A DNA stretch of 64,000 bases, from contig NIVC01000212.1 in assembly GCA_002269645.1 (NCBI GenBank), forward strand, positions 310,001 to 374,000. The letters are read 5' to 3'. The stretch comes from Macrostomum lignano (lineage: Eukaryota). The first letter of the stretch is position 1, and every line of letters starts with the position of its first letter. The notes under the pieces are model-generated. The model was not told where the DNA came from and searched no databases. It saw only the letters and a program-made list of their open reading frames with translations. Shown here piece after piece: positions 1-12,557 of the stretch. The position numbers were made by a program, and so were the translations under genes.

Positions 1-624
1 GCAAGTGACCCCAGAACACGTCTTGGCCTGGGTACGGTTTTCATCGGATCAAGCATCACTGAAATGACAAACCTAAGAAAAGAAAGCCTTAAGAAATGAT
101 AAAAGCAGTCGCAAAAATGGCACAAAGAAGCGGTTAGCAGTTAATAGGAGAATAAGCGATAGCAACTTTTTAAAAAATGCGAATAAACAAGAGAGTAAAC
201 TTTCCTGAAAACAATAGCAACCAAACAAGATTAAAGCACCAACTTAATTCAGCTGTAGTGTTGACGCAAAATTTACAGGAAAAGCAGCTAATGAATATAA
301 AATAATAAATAGATAAGCAAAATTATATAAATAAAAGCATAGGCTAAATGAGAACAATATATAAATATTTTTTCGATCCAAAAGTTGGTAAAAATAGCAA
401 AATAAAATCGACTGCAGCATACATGCAGTCAGCTGTTCAACCCAGTTGCGCTCTTGTTACTCGTGCACGCTCAGGTAAGCGCATGGACAAAAATATTTGT
501 GCGGGAGTTAAGCAGAGCAATGACCTTGTTAAAGGCCATGGACATCGGAGGATCGTTTTCTTAAATGTTTCTTTAGGAAAAAAAGTTTACCATTTTTAAA
601 GATCTGGGGGTCTGGTTTAGCAAC

Positions 625-1300
625 TGATGATCTGGGAGGCTGGCCCACCAACTGGGGATCTAAGAGGCTGGCCCACCAACTGGGGATCTGGGAGGCTGGC
701 CCAGAAACTGGGGATCTGGGAGGCTGGCCCAGAAACTGGGGATCTGGGAGGCTGGCCCAGTTACTTGAGGATCTGGGAGGCTGGCCAAGCAACTAAGGAT
801 CTGGGAGGCTGGCCCAGCAACTGAGGATCTGGGAGGCTGGCCCACCAACTCGGGATCTGGGAGGTTGGCCCATTAACTAGGTGATCTGTAAGGATTGGTG
901 GCACAGCAACTGAGGATCTGGGAGGCTGGCCCAGCAACTGACACTCTGGGAGGCTGGCCCACCAACTGAGGATCTGTGAGGCTGGCCCAGCAACTGACAC
1001 TCTGGGAGGCTGGCCCAGCAACTGAGGATCTGGGAGGCTGGCCCAGCAACTGAGGATCTGGGAGGCTGGCCCAGCAACTGAGAATCTGTGAGGCTGGCCC
1101 AGCAATTGAGGATCTGGTAGGCTGGCCCAGCAACTGAGGATCTGGGAGGCTGGCCCAGCAACTGAGGATCTGGGAGGCTGGCCCAGCAACTGAGGATCTG
1201 GGAGGCTGGCCCAGCAACTGAGGATCTGTGAGGCTGGCCCAGCAACTGAGGATCTGGGAGGCTGGCACAGCAACTAAGGATCTGGGAGGATGGGTGGCCC
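625..1300. repeat. 28-bp minisatellite (AACTGAGGATCTGGGAGGCTGGCCCAGC)n downstream of the TRIM-NHL-like gene
   Basis: Tandem units are visible directly; translations recur every 28 aa (3 x 28 nt). Confidence 0.95.
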
Positions 1301-1372
1301 AGTAACTGAGATAAGAAGGGGCAAAATATGAATAGTAAGAAAAGTCAGTCAGACTAGTCCAACACACGCCAG

Positions 1373-4300
1373 TTAAGCAAGCGAATAAACATAGACAGAG
1401 TTCTGACCGCCTAGCAGAGCCAAGTGGCCGGACTCGCTCAGAGCAAATTTCCGACACTTGCAGAACGTGCCAAGCTCCAGCTCTATGGATTTCAGCAGGG
1501 CGCCGGCGGTAACTCCGATTGACGGCGCGCTGTCTGCTGCTAGGACAGTCAGAATAGCGCAATAACAGCCGGCGGTGGATGAGCTGGTAGGGCGCTTTAG
1601 AACGGCCGAGCCGACAACAACAATGGCGCCGTCCGTGTGACGAACTGCAACACCGCAAGGCTGATCGGTGATGCCAGGACCGCCTAGCTTAGATAACAGA
1701 TCGCCAATGTAATTGTACACCTGAAGGGATTGCGTAGATAATGATATAATTAGTATGAAAATCAATTATACTCGCATAGCCGTAGCCCATTTAGTGCATG
1801 TTAATGAATTTTTTCAAGTGTTAAAAGCCACAAATGTAAGCTAGACATCTAGCTGGAGCCAAGCTGTACAGATATCAAGTTGGAGATAACCTGTACAGAT
1901 ATCAAGTTGGAACCAAGCTGTACAGATATAAAGTTCGGACCAAGCTGTACAGTCATCAAGCTGGAGCCAAGATGTACAGATATCAAGCTGGAGCCAAGCT
2001 GTACAGATATCAAGTTGGAGATAACCTGTACAGATATCAAGTTGGAACCAAGCTGTACAGATATAAAGTTCGGACCAAGCTGTACAGTCATCAAGCTGGA
2101 GCCAAGATGTACAGATTTCTAGCTGGAGCCAAACTGTACAGATATCAAGCTGGAGCCAAGGTGTACAGATATCTAGCTGGAGCCAAACTGTACAGATATC
2201 CAGCTGGAGCCAAGATGTACAGATATCAAGCTGGAGCCAAACTGTACAGATATCAAGCTGGATCTAAGCTGTACAGATATCAAGCTGGAGACAAACTGTA
2301 CAGATATCTAGCTGGATCTAGGCTGTACAGATATCAAGCTGGAGCCAAACTGTACAGATATCAAGCTGGAGCCAAACTGTACAGTTATCAAGCTGGAGAC
2401 AAACTGTACAGATATCAAGATGGAGCCAAACTGTACAGATATCCAGCTGGAGCTAAACTTTACAGATATCAGTCTGGAGCCAAACTGTACAGATATCAGT
2501 CTGGAGTCAAACTGTACAGATATCAGTCTGGAGTCAAACTGTACAGATATCAGTCTGGAGCCAAACTGTACAGATATCCAGCTGGATCTAAGCTGTACAG
2601 ATATCAATTTGGCGCCAAACTGTACAGATATCAAGCTGGAGCTAAACTGTACAGAAATCAGTCTGGAGCCAAACTGTACAGATACCAGTCTGGAGTCACA
2701 CTGTACAGATATCAGTCTGGAGCCAAACTGTACAGATATCCAGCTGGATCTAAGCTGTACAGATATCAATTTGGCGCCAAACTGTACAGATATCCAGCTG
2801 GAGCCAAACTGTACAGATATCCAGCTGGAGCCAAACTGTACAGATATCCAGCTGGCGCCAAACTGTACAGATATCAAGTTTGGACTAAGCTGTACAGATA
2901 TCAAGTTTGGACTAAGCTGTACAGATATCAAGCTGGAGCCAAACTGTACAGATATCAAGTTTGGACTAAGCTGTACAGATATCAAGTTTGGACTAAGCTG
3001 TACAGATATCAAGCTGGAGCCAAACTGTACAGATATCAAGCTGCAGAAAAACAGAAAACAAATAATCAAGCATACCATAACGCAGCCGCCGCAGTAGTCG
3101 CTAACGTAGAGTCGATAGACCGCGTCAACCGCAACGCCAGTAGGTTCGAAAAGTTGAGCGCAGATGAAATTGGTTAGCAACTGGCAGCCGGGATTGAACA
3201 ATACAGCACGGAACTGTTTAGCATCCTGATCCCTAATACCAAGGCTGCGCCTCTTGCTGCGCCCGTCCAGCACCAGGACGCGACCGTCTTTGTCAAAGCA
3301 CAGAGCCCGGGGCGCTCGCAGTTCGGCATCGGCGCCGAACACTTTCAGTTGGGTGCGGCCGCCGAAGGCGTACAGTAATAATCGAATTGAAGCCTGATCG
3401 GTGTCGCATATTACTATGTTGCCTGTGGCGCGGTGTACAGCCACCTGAAGCGGGCGATAGGGATGATAGTGATTTTTGGGGCATTGTATGCAGAGGGAGA
3501 TTTTGAAGGCATTGTATGCAGAGGGAGATTTTGAAGGGATTGTATGCAGAGGGTGATTTTGAAGGCATTGTATGCAGAGGGAGATTTTGAAGGCATTGGA
3601 TGCAGAGGGTGATTTTGAAGGCATTGTATGCAGAGGGAGATTTTGAAGGCATTGTATGCAGAGGGAGATTTTGAAGGCATTGTATACAGAGGGAGATTTT
3701 GAAGGCATTGTATGCAGAGGGAGATTTTGAAGGCATTGTATGCAGAGGGAGATTTTGAAGGCATTTTATGCAGAGGGTGATTTTGAAGGCATTGTATGCA
3801 GAGGGAGATTTTGAAGGCATTGGATGCAGAGGGAGATTTTGAAGGCATTGTATACAGAGGGAGATTTTGAAGGCATTGTATGCAGAGGGAGATTTTGAAG
3901 GCATTGTATGCAGAGGGAGATTTTGAAGGCATTGTATGCAGAGGGAGATTTTGAAGGCATTGTATGCAGAGGGAGATTTTGAAGGCATTGGATGCAGAGG
4001 GTGATTTTGAAGGCATTGTATGCAGAGGGAGATTTTGAAGGCATTGTATGCAGAGGGAGATTTTGAAGGCATTTTATGCAGAGGGAGATTTTGAAGGCAT
4101 TGTATGCAGAGGGAGATTTTGAAGGCATTGTATGCAGAGGGTGATTTTGAAGGGATTGTATGCAGAGGGAGATTTTGAAGGCATTGTATGCAGAGGGAGA
4201 TTTTGAAGGCATTTTATGCAGAGGGAGATTTTGAAGGCATTGTATGCAGAGGGAGATTTTGAAGGCATTGTATGCAGAGGGTGATTTTGAAGGGATTGTA

Positions 4301-7300
4301 TACAGAGGGAGATTTTGAAGGCATTGGATGCAGAGGGAGATTTTGAAGGCATTGTATGCAGAGGGAGATTTTGAAGGGATTGTATGCAGAGGGTGATTTT
4401 GAAGGGATTTTATGCAGAGGGAGATTTTGAAGGCATTGTATGCAGAGGGAGATTTTGAAGGCATTGTATGCAGAGGGAGATTTTGAAGGCATTGTATGCA
4501 GAGGGAGATTTTGAAGGCATTTTATGCAGAGGGAGATTTTGAAGGCATTTTATGCAGAGGGATATTTTGAAGGTTTTGTATGCAGAGGGAGATTTTGAAG
4601 GCATTGTATGCAGAGGGAGATTTTGAAGGCGATAGTGAAAATGTGAAAACATTGCATTAAGATACTTTAAACAGAGCGGTTGCTTTTTACCAGCTCCGGA
4701 CACTTCAGCTGATCTTGTTGACACCTGGCACCGCCGCCACCGCCTAGGCAATAGGCCTGACAGCCGGTACTCAATTTGAACGCTTGAACGCAGCCGCCCA
4801 GTCCGTCAGCAACTAGAATATCGCCTGACGGTGAAACCGCTAAACAAGACGTTCGACGATTCCCGGTAGTGTCCAGTTTGCTGAAGTTCCAGGTAGAGCA
4901 GGGGCGATTATAAGTCTTTTACTAATAGTGTATCACAAAGCACAAAAAATTTAGGGAGGATCTGAGGAATTGGGATTTGGATGGGATCTGGGGAATGTTG
5001 ATTTCGATGGGGATTTGGGGAATGATGATTCCGATGGGGATATTGACGGGGATAAAAAGATTGGGGATTCCGGTCTGGATCTGGGGAATGGTGTTTCTCA
5101 TGGGATCATGCGAGTGGGATTTTGATGGGATCTGGGGAATGGGGATTGCCATGGGGATCTGGGTACTGTTGATTTCGATGGGGATTTGAGGAATGATGAT
5201 TCCGATGGGGATATTGACGGGGATCAAAAGATTGGGGATTCCGGTCTGGATCTGGGGAATGGTTTTTCCCATGGGATCATGCGAGTGGGATTTTGATGGG
5301 ATCTGGGGAATGGGGATTGAGTTTTCAATGGGGATCTGTTAAATTTCTCTTTACCGTTGAAAAAAGTAAAAAACACACCACGCTACTCACAGTAGTGACT
5401 TTAGACGCAATATTTTCAAAGTCGGCTGAGCAGTCGAGGGACAAGTTCGATTTGGAAAGTCAACCTGAACTGGCTGGCGATTCTCTTTATTAAAAGTGCA
5501 AGGCATACTTTGCCGACGATTTAAATTGAAGCTCTGAACATTGGTGTTGTTGTTGTTCTTATCGCCAACTGTGCTGGCAGCGTGAGAATTATAATTATTA
5601 TTATTACTGCCAGTTGAAGGCTGCTGCTGACGAAGCTTAGACATCTGACGATTGTAAACAATAGCACCCATTAATAAATGGGCATTGGCAGCTACGGGCA
5701 TTGGTTGTACATAGCGAAGACAGTCGGCAGGGTCGCGATGTAACAGCGGATAGCGGCGGTTCAGGACCTGCGGTGCGGAGTGGGTAAATCAGCAATAATA
5801 TCTGCATTAGCCAATTTTAGGAATCTAAGCATTCTTAAGTTAAATAGGGATTCAATGGATTCAAGATATCAGTATTAAAGGGAATAGGGTCTTTTATTGA
5901 GGATCCTGACAACGGGGACTTGGATCTGGCAATGGGGATTCGGATGAGGATCTGGGAATAAGGTTTGTATGGGGATCTGGGAATGGGGATTCGGTTAGGG
6001 ATCTGGGAATGGGGATTCGGTTGGGGATCTGGGAATGGGATTCGGTTGGGGATCTGGGAATGGGGATTCGGTTGGGGCTGGGAATGGGGATTCGGTTGGG
6101 GATCTGGGAATGGGGATTCGGTTGGGGATCTGGGAATGGGGATTCGGTTGGAGATCTGGCAATGGGGATTCGGATGAGAATCTGGGAATGGAGATTCGGA
6201 TGAGAATCTGGGAATGGAGATTCGGTTGGGGATCTGGGAATGGGGATTCGGTTAGGGATCTGGGAATGGAGATTCGGTTAGGGATCTGGGAATGGAGATT
6301 CGGTTAGGGATCTGGGAATGGGGATTCGGTTAGGGATCTGGGAATGGGGATTCGGTTGGGGATCTGGGAATGGGGATTCGGTTAGGGATCTGGGAATGGG
6401 GATTCGGTTGGGGATCTGGGAATGGGGATTCGGTTAGGGATCTGGGAATGGGGATTCGGTTAGGGATCTGGGAATGGGGATTCGGTTGGGGATCTGGGAA
6501 TGGGGATTCGGTTAGGGATCTGGGAATGGGGATTCGGTTGGGGATCTGGGAATGGGGATTCGGTTAGGGATCTGGGAATGGGGATTCGGTTGGGGATCTG
6601 GGAATGGGATTCGGTTGGGGATCTGGGAATGGGGATTCGGTTAGGGATCTGGGAATGGGGATTCGGTTGGGGATCTGGGAATGGGGATTCGGTTAGGGAT
6701 CTGGGAATGGGGATTCGGTTAGGGATCTGGGAATGGGGATTCGGTTGGGGATCTGGGAATGGGGATTCGGTTAGGGATCTGGGAATGGGGATTCGGTTGG
6801 GGATCTGGGAATGGGGATTCGGTTGGGGATCTGGGAATGGAGATTCGGTTGGGGATCTGGGAATGGGGATTCGGTTGGGGCTGGGAATGGGGATTCGGTT
6901 GGGGATCTGGGAATGGGGATTAGGTTGGGAATCTGGGAATGGGGATTCGGTTAGGGATCTGGGAATGGGGATTTCTATGAAGATCTGGGGAACTACTGGC
7001 GAGGATCTAGAGGATCAAGAATATGAGAGATTCTAATGCGGATCTTTACAGATAGAATAGAATAGAGATATTAAAACACAAAAATACTTACCTCGTCCAG
7101 TTTTCCTTCAACAGTGGTCAGTAGCATAGCCAATTCAGACGGATTAGCCCCGACAGTTAAATGCGCTTTCACCAGAGCCAACAGGCGGGAAAGCGCCTCC
7201 CGATCGGCCATCAGATGCCGCCTTGTCGATGAAACTTCGCTAGCCAGTGTGGCACTACAGCTGGCCAACTCTGTCAGCAGCTCAGCGCGACGGTTTTCCA

Positions 7301-9269
7301 CCTCCCTGTGGGGCAGTGGGCGGAATCCATCTGTTTGTATCTACCTGTCAGTCAGTCTGTATCTTCCTGTCAGTCAGTCTGTATCTACCTGTCAGTCAGT
7401 CTGTATCTACCTGTCAGTCAGTCTGTATCTACCTGTCAGTCAGTCTGTATCTACCTGTCAGTCAGTCTGTATCTACCTGTCAGTCAGTCTGTATCTACCT
7501 GTCAGTCAGTCTGTATCTACCTGTCAGTCAGTCTGTATCTACCTGTAAGTCAGTCTGTATCTACCTGTCAGTCAGTCTGTATCTACCTCTCAGTCAGTCT
7601 GTATCTACCTCTCAGTCAGTCTGTATCTTCCTGTCAGTCAGTCTGTATCTACCTGTCAGTCAGTCTGTATCTACCTGTCAGTCAGTCTGTATCTACCTGT
7701 CAGTCGGTCTGTATCAACCTGTCAGTCAGTCTGATCTATCTGTCAGTCGGTCTGTATCAACCTGTCAGTCAGTCTGTATCTTCCTGTCAGTCAGTCTGTA
7801 TCTACCTGTCAGTCAGTCTGTATCTACCTGTCAGTCGGTCTGTATCAACCTGTCAGTCAGTCTGTATCTTCCTGTCAGTCAGTCTGTATCTACCTGTCAG
7901 TCAGTCTGTATCTACCTGTCAGTCGGTCTGTATCAACCTGTCAGTCAGTCTGTATCTTCCTGTCAGTCAGTCTGTATCTACCTGTCAGTCAGTCTGTATC
8001 TACCTGTCAGTCAGTCTGTATCTACCTGTCAGTCGGTCTGTATCAACCTGTCAGTCAGTCTGATCTATCTGCCTTTCTTCCAGTCTTCAGCGCATTCGGA
8101 AGATATTGTGAGAAAAGCCAAATTACGCAAAGTATTTTGAATACAGTTATACTAAAATTTGGCCCACCTCAGGTAGTCCAATCGACAGCGTTCAATAGAA
8201 GCAGCAGCCTGGGTCGTGGCGGCTGTCAGCGAAGCCTCCAACTGTGGCAGCAGACGGTCTCGATAATCCATGAGCAGACGGTGCCGATTGGCTGCAGCGA
8301 GACCAGCGGCGGCCAGACGACCAGCTTCAACATCGTCAATTGGCTTTGACGCCTCGCTAACAACAGGCGACAAATGGGCAGCCTGGTTAGCATAGCCTGC
8401 TAGATAACGTTTGGCCGCGAAATTTTCCAATAGACTTGACACTGGCGCGTGGCTGCCACCAGAAGAGACCGAGCAGCGACGGCAGCGGACTGCGGACACC
8501 GAGCCACTACTGTCTGCGCCTAGCTGAGCCGCTTTGCCCTGCTGCAGGCAGCTGTTTCGGGTTTGATTTATTTTTTTTATAATAATTTCGGTTGGAACTT
8601 GTCAATTAATTCAAAATAAACTCTTTGCCTACTGTTAGTAGCTTAACTTGCTCATTTCCCGTTGGTAAGAAATAAATTTAAAGAAGTTCTTAGAAACTAA
8701 CGCGTGTCGTGCAAAGCATACAATAAATAGGGATTCTGATAAGAATATAGAAATTAGGGATTTCGATGGGCATCTGGGGAATGGGGATTTCAATGGGGAT
8801 CTGGGGGATGGGGATTTTGATAGGGATCTGGGAATGGGGATTCTGATGGGGATCTGGGGAATGGGGATTCTGATGGGGATCTGGGGAATGGGGATTCTGA
8901 TGGGGATCTGGGGAATGGGATTTTGATAGGGATCTGAAAAAAACCGATTTTCATCTAAAATCTGAGTTGAAAGCCGGAACACAACAAAAATAAGAATCCT
9001 TACCCAGTGCAGTAGTGATGGCCACATGGCATAACTAGAGTGGGTCGGACCTGTCCACACTGGCCACAAGTGACAGTCCAACGAATGCGCCTGCCAGGAC
9101 TGCAGTCAGGATCTAGAAGGTCAGGCTCATCTGCGCATGACAATGATGGACTGGTTGCCAATAAAGCAGATGGCGGGGACTCATGGGATTGCTCAGGCTT
9201 TGTTGGCGTGCTAGCCTCAGACAGGTAAGGTGCAAAGCCACACACCAAATTGCGACTATTGATATCCAT
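1373..9269 (-). CDS. Spliced RING / coiled-coil / NHL-repeat protein (TRIM-NHL-like E3 ligase)
   Basis: Exons on minus: ~9269-9004, 8551-8168, 7305-7092, 5767-~5391, ~4910-4691, 3444-3076, 1720-1373. Five of six junctions are GT-AG and phase-compatible; the 5391/4910 junction is unresolved. Splicing assembles a C3HC4 RING (CGQC..PCGHHYCTG|CLQQ..CRRC), helical coiled-coil exons and NHL blades (LAVSPSGDILVADG; CPEL|VAVHRATGNIVICD; PTGVAVDAVYRLYVSD; GCVM|VYNYIG; PCGVAV). The start codon (ATG at 9269) is tentative. Confidence 0.85.
1850..3040. repeat. 27-bp intronic minisatellite (GCTGGAGCCAAACTGTACAGATATCAA)n
   Basis: Tandem array between exons 1720 and 3076; the unit is a multiple of 3, which creates the spurious (YRYQAGAKL)n ORF. 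Confidence 0.95.
3478..4628. repeat. 28-bp intronic minisatellite (GATTTTGAAGGCATTGTATGCAGAGGGA)n
   Basis: About 40 tandem units between exons 3444 and 4691. Confidence 0.95.
4960..5340. repeat. G-rich intronic repeat containing a ~171-bp tandem duplication
   Basis: TATTGACGGG occurs at 5041 and 5212; GGGATCTGGGGAATG cores throughout. Confidence 0.85.
5925..6990. repeat. 26-bp G-rich intronic minisatellite (GGATCTGGGAATGGGGATTCGGTTGG)n
   Basis: About 40 tandem units between exons 5767 and 7092. Confidence 0.95.
7338..8070. repeat. 22-bp intronic minisatellite (GTCAGTCAGTCTGTATCTACCT)n
   Basis: Tandem units between exons 7305 and 8168. Confidence 0.95.
8755..8940. repeat. 27-bp G-rich intronic minisatellite (GGGGATCTGGGGAATGGGGATTCTGAT)n
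   Basis: Short array between exons 8551 and 9004, related to the 4960 and 5925 arrays. Confidence 0.9.
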
Positions 9270-11269
9270 AAACCAATGTTTGATCACAAATAGATTACCA
9301 AATTTGAAATTTTATTAGGCTCAAAAACTACTAACACAGTAATGTGTATAGTATCTAGTTTAGACAAAAAAAACATCAGTCAATACAATACAAATCAAAT
9401 AAATGCAAATTAAGAAAGAAAACTAAAGATCTAAGCATATTGACAATGATTAGGAGGTATTAAAGCTGGTCCTATGTCCAAATTTGGAATGCCAAAAAAA
9501 TGGCTAATCTGTTATGACACATATCAGGGATATTGCAAATTTTATACAAAATTTAACCTAGTTGCTTTATTAACTTACCTAAATTCATAATACTAAATTA
9601 CAATCTAATAATATATTCTAGCAGCTTTTGCAATAACCTTTATACCATACCAAAGAAGCTAGTTTATGTCATATTCTGATAAAACACATTGATTATTGAA
9701 ACATTTATGTTTGTATTAGCATTTTTCTTCTATTATACTAAAAATTAAAAATTATCAACTAGCTACTTCTGGCTGATTCAAGGTTTTTAAACTAATCTTT
9801 ATATTCTTGCATTTATTTGTAAGAAATTAAAATAATAAGTAAAGCCTAATAATACTAAAGTTATTGCTAGTCTAGGATATAATCTATAATCTATGATAAA
9901 CTTCACAAGAATAAAAAAAAGCATTTTTGTCTTTATATGGGCATGTTTCTATGGCAATGATTTTTATACCTACTAAAACATGTCCCATTTGCTTCCAAAT
10001 AAAACTACAGTTTAAAAACATTTTTATATAAACTATGATGCAAAATTGTTATTTAAGGACCAAAAAACTAGTATGAACAATTGTTTCATATCACAATTTA
10101 GCAATATATTCTAAAACCTATGATTATCACATTCTTGGAATTGCCAAAAATAATATATATTTTTAATATAGTTATATAGCTTTATTTAGCACTTTTAAAA
10201 CTTAATTTAACATTTGTAAAATTTGATATCATTGGCATTTCTAGCCCTATTGAAAACAATGACATTTTCATAGATAGCTATCTAATGCACTTTAAAGAAA
10301 TGTTGGTGCAGCATCAAGTGTACTATACCTTGTAGTATAGCATATCATATTAAGGCTAAGGGATAGCATGCCAGAGGGGCTGATAGAACATTAAGGCATA
10401 TTGAAGGATAATGCACTAGATATATATTATAATAGAAATGAATTATGACAAGAAAATGAGTATACATTTGCTTAGAAAAAATACCATAATTATAAAATAT
10501 TTAGGGGGGGGGGGGCTTACTTATTGGTATACCTAGGATTTTGGGGGGGGAGAAAGTATGCACTGGTCATTTTCTCATTTAGACTCATTAATAGACTAGA
10601 ACTTAGAAGAGGGAGTAATATGGTTATATACTGATACACAAGAGTGTGGCTAGGGGGATGCTTGGCATACAAAGTGTCTTACTTAGTATACTAGATGCAC
10701 AAAAGTATATGATGCTTAGTGCATATCCGTGGACATTAAAAAAATTATTTTAATATAGATTTCTATTTTGTTTGTCTTGACTTAGTGATAGTAATATAAT
10801 TGATATACATTGTAGAGGACTTATAGTTGGTTTCATTCTTGGAGTTATGCTGGAGGAAAACTTATTAAATTTCATCATTTATGCTAGACTTAGGCCAAGT
10901 TTATGCACTGCATGGCATGCCAGCTAGACTAGAGGCGGGGTGTGCACATGGGACAGTTTGTACGAATATTTTTCATTTCATAAAAGCTTGTTTCCATTTG
11001 TGTATTATAATCAAAACTTTATAAAGATGTAAGCATAAAGAGATAATTAACTAAACGTTTTTTTGAGTTATAAAACAATTTCTAGATTTTAGAGTTAGAC
11101 TTTGTTTAACTTTTTTACGAATGAATATTAAAATTCTCCATTTTATTACAAATACAAAGTAAGCCAACATATAAAGTTTCTTGCTTGGCAAGTAAGATGA
11201 ATAGGAGGGCAAAAATCAACATTAAATAAATTTAATTGAACGACGCGTTTAGCAGGATACTGTATATCT

Positions 11270-12557
11270 TCAGGTGAATAGCTGAAGGCAAAAAAGCACG
11301 AATACCGCGTGTTGGGCAGCGTCGTCCAGTTTCCCGGAGTTGGGCTGTTTCGTGTTGGTGACGATGATCGCGATTGCGCTGGCGTCGCCTCGTTGTTCGT
11401 AAGGACGCGCGGGAAGTGACTGGGTGCCTTTGGAAACTGGCACCAGTGGCGGCAAGTACGCGCTTGTTGGCCGTAGAAGATATGAGCGCGGCAGATGACG
11501 GGGCGTTGTCCTGCTTTGAACGGCTTCATCCCATTGCTTCTAGTTTTCCGAGCCTTGTTGAAGTCACCGGTTGGTTTTGCTGGTACAGCCGCGATGAGCT
11601 CTGGTTGCGCTGCGTTGACCCGACCGAATGAATTCTGGACGGCGAACATCGAGTAGGCGATGGAGGCGAGCTGTGCTGGAGTCTGTTCCTGGAATCCAGA
11701 CAAGGCAAGGCGGAATTCGCTCGGTAGGCAGCGCAACAGCGTGGCTTTGACCATGTCCGGGCAGCTGGCTGGTTGTATCCCGCATTGCGACATCTTGGCT
11801 GTGAGGCGTTGTAGAAAAATCGAGGGCTTGTCGCCGCCGAGGTCCGATGTCGCCAGAAGTTCGTTAATCTTCTCCTGCTTACTCTTCTGCATCATGTTGC
11901 AAACGCTGGTCTTCAGTAGAGTGTAGTTGGCAGGAGTCTCAGACGACAGGAGAACAGATGCGACGTCTTCTGGCAGGTTGGACACGAGGTGATGGTACTT
12001 TGTTTCCTCGGATGTGATGCGGGCTAACTTAAACTGAGATTCCAGCGTCTGGAACCAAGCGTCTGGGTTGTTGCGATAGAACGGCGGGGCTTTGACGCTG
12101 ACGGCAGCCACAGCCTGCTGGTAAGGCGGCATCGCAGCCGGCGAGAAAAGGACGCTGGGCTGGCTAATTGACGGTGCCGCGGCGGTGGTGCTAGGCGGGC
12201 TTATCGCCGGTGGTGAAGCAACGCCGCTGGGCTGACTGACGACCGGTAACGGAGGTTGCTCCGTCGGTGGAGGAGGCGGTAGGTTCGACGCACTGGAGTC
12301 GCTAGGAGTTGACATTGTTGTCGCGATGTATTTGCGTTGATCCGCCTCGCCGGACCAGTTGTAAAGGCTTTAGCAGTTGAATGCTCTGTTTTTTTGAGTC
12401 AATCGAGTGATTGAAAAGGACTTAAAATAATTGCATTTCTGGTTTCGTGTATTTATAGATGAAATTGAGGTTTCCGGAAAGTTCTGGAAAAACGTGCATC
12501 GTTATAACAAAACTAAGTTGTATGTACGTATTGCTCAAATAGTGACTAAGTGTTACA
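11270..12557 (-). mobile_element. Truncated Ty3/Gypsy LTR retrotransposon: 5' LTR, PBS and gag only
   Basis: On minus, an LTR TGTAACAC...TTTACA (12557-12360) with a TATAAATA box is followed by AC-TGGTCCGG (PBS-like). The gag ORF from 12315 has VKAPPFYRNNPDAWFQTLESQF..ITSEETKYHHLV and CRAH..YG..A..C..WC motifs. No pol or 3' LTR found. Confidence 0.85.

Noticed and set aside
1972-3177. 401-aa (YRYQAGAKL)n ORF, resembling a beta-propeller or surface repeat protein
   Set aside because: It is the translation of a 27-bp intronic minisatellite on the antisense strand of a spliced gene.
3478-6990. Idea that intronic satellites avoid splice signals on the sense strand
   Set aside because: True for the 28-mer, but the 26-mer sense strand contains TTCCCAG in every unit.
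625-8070. Regular 22-28-bp repeats as a CRISPR array
   Set aside because: The units are directly adjacent with no unique spacers, no cas genes are present, and the context is eukaryotic.
9300-11100. Possible hidden exons or genes in AT-rich spacers (also 17200-18400 and 55500-58900)
   Set aside because: No convincing ORF, motif or repeat structure was found.
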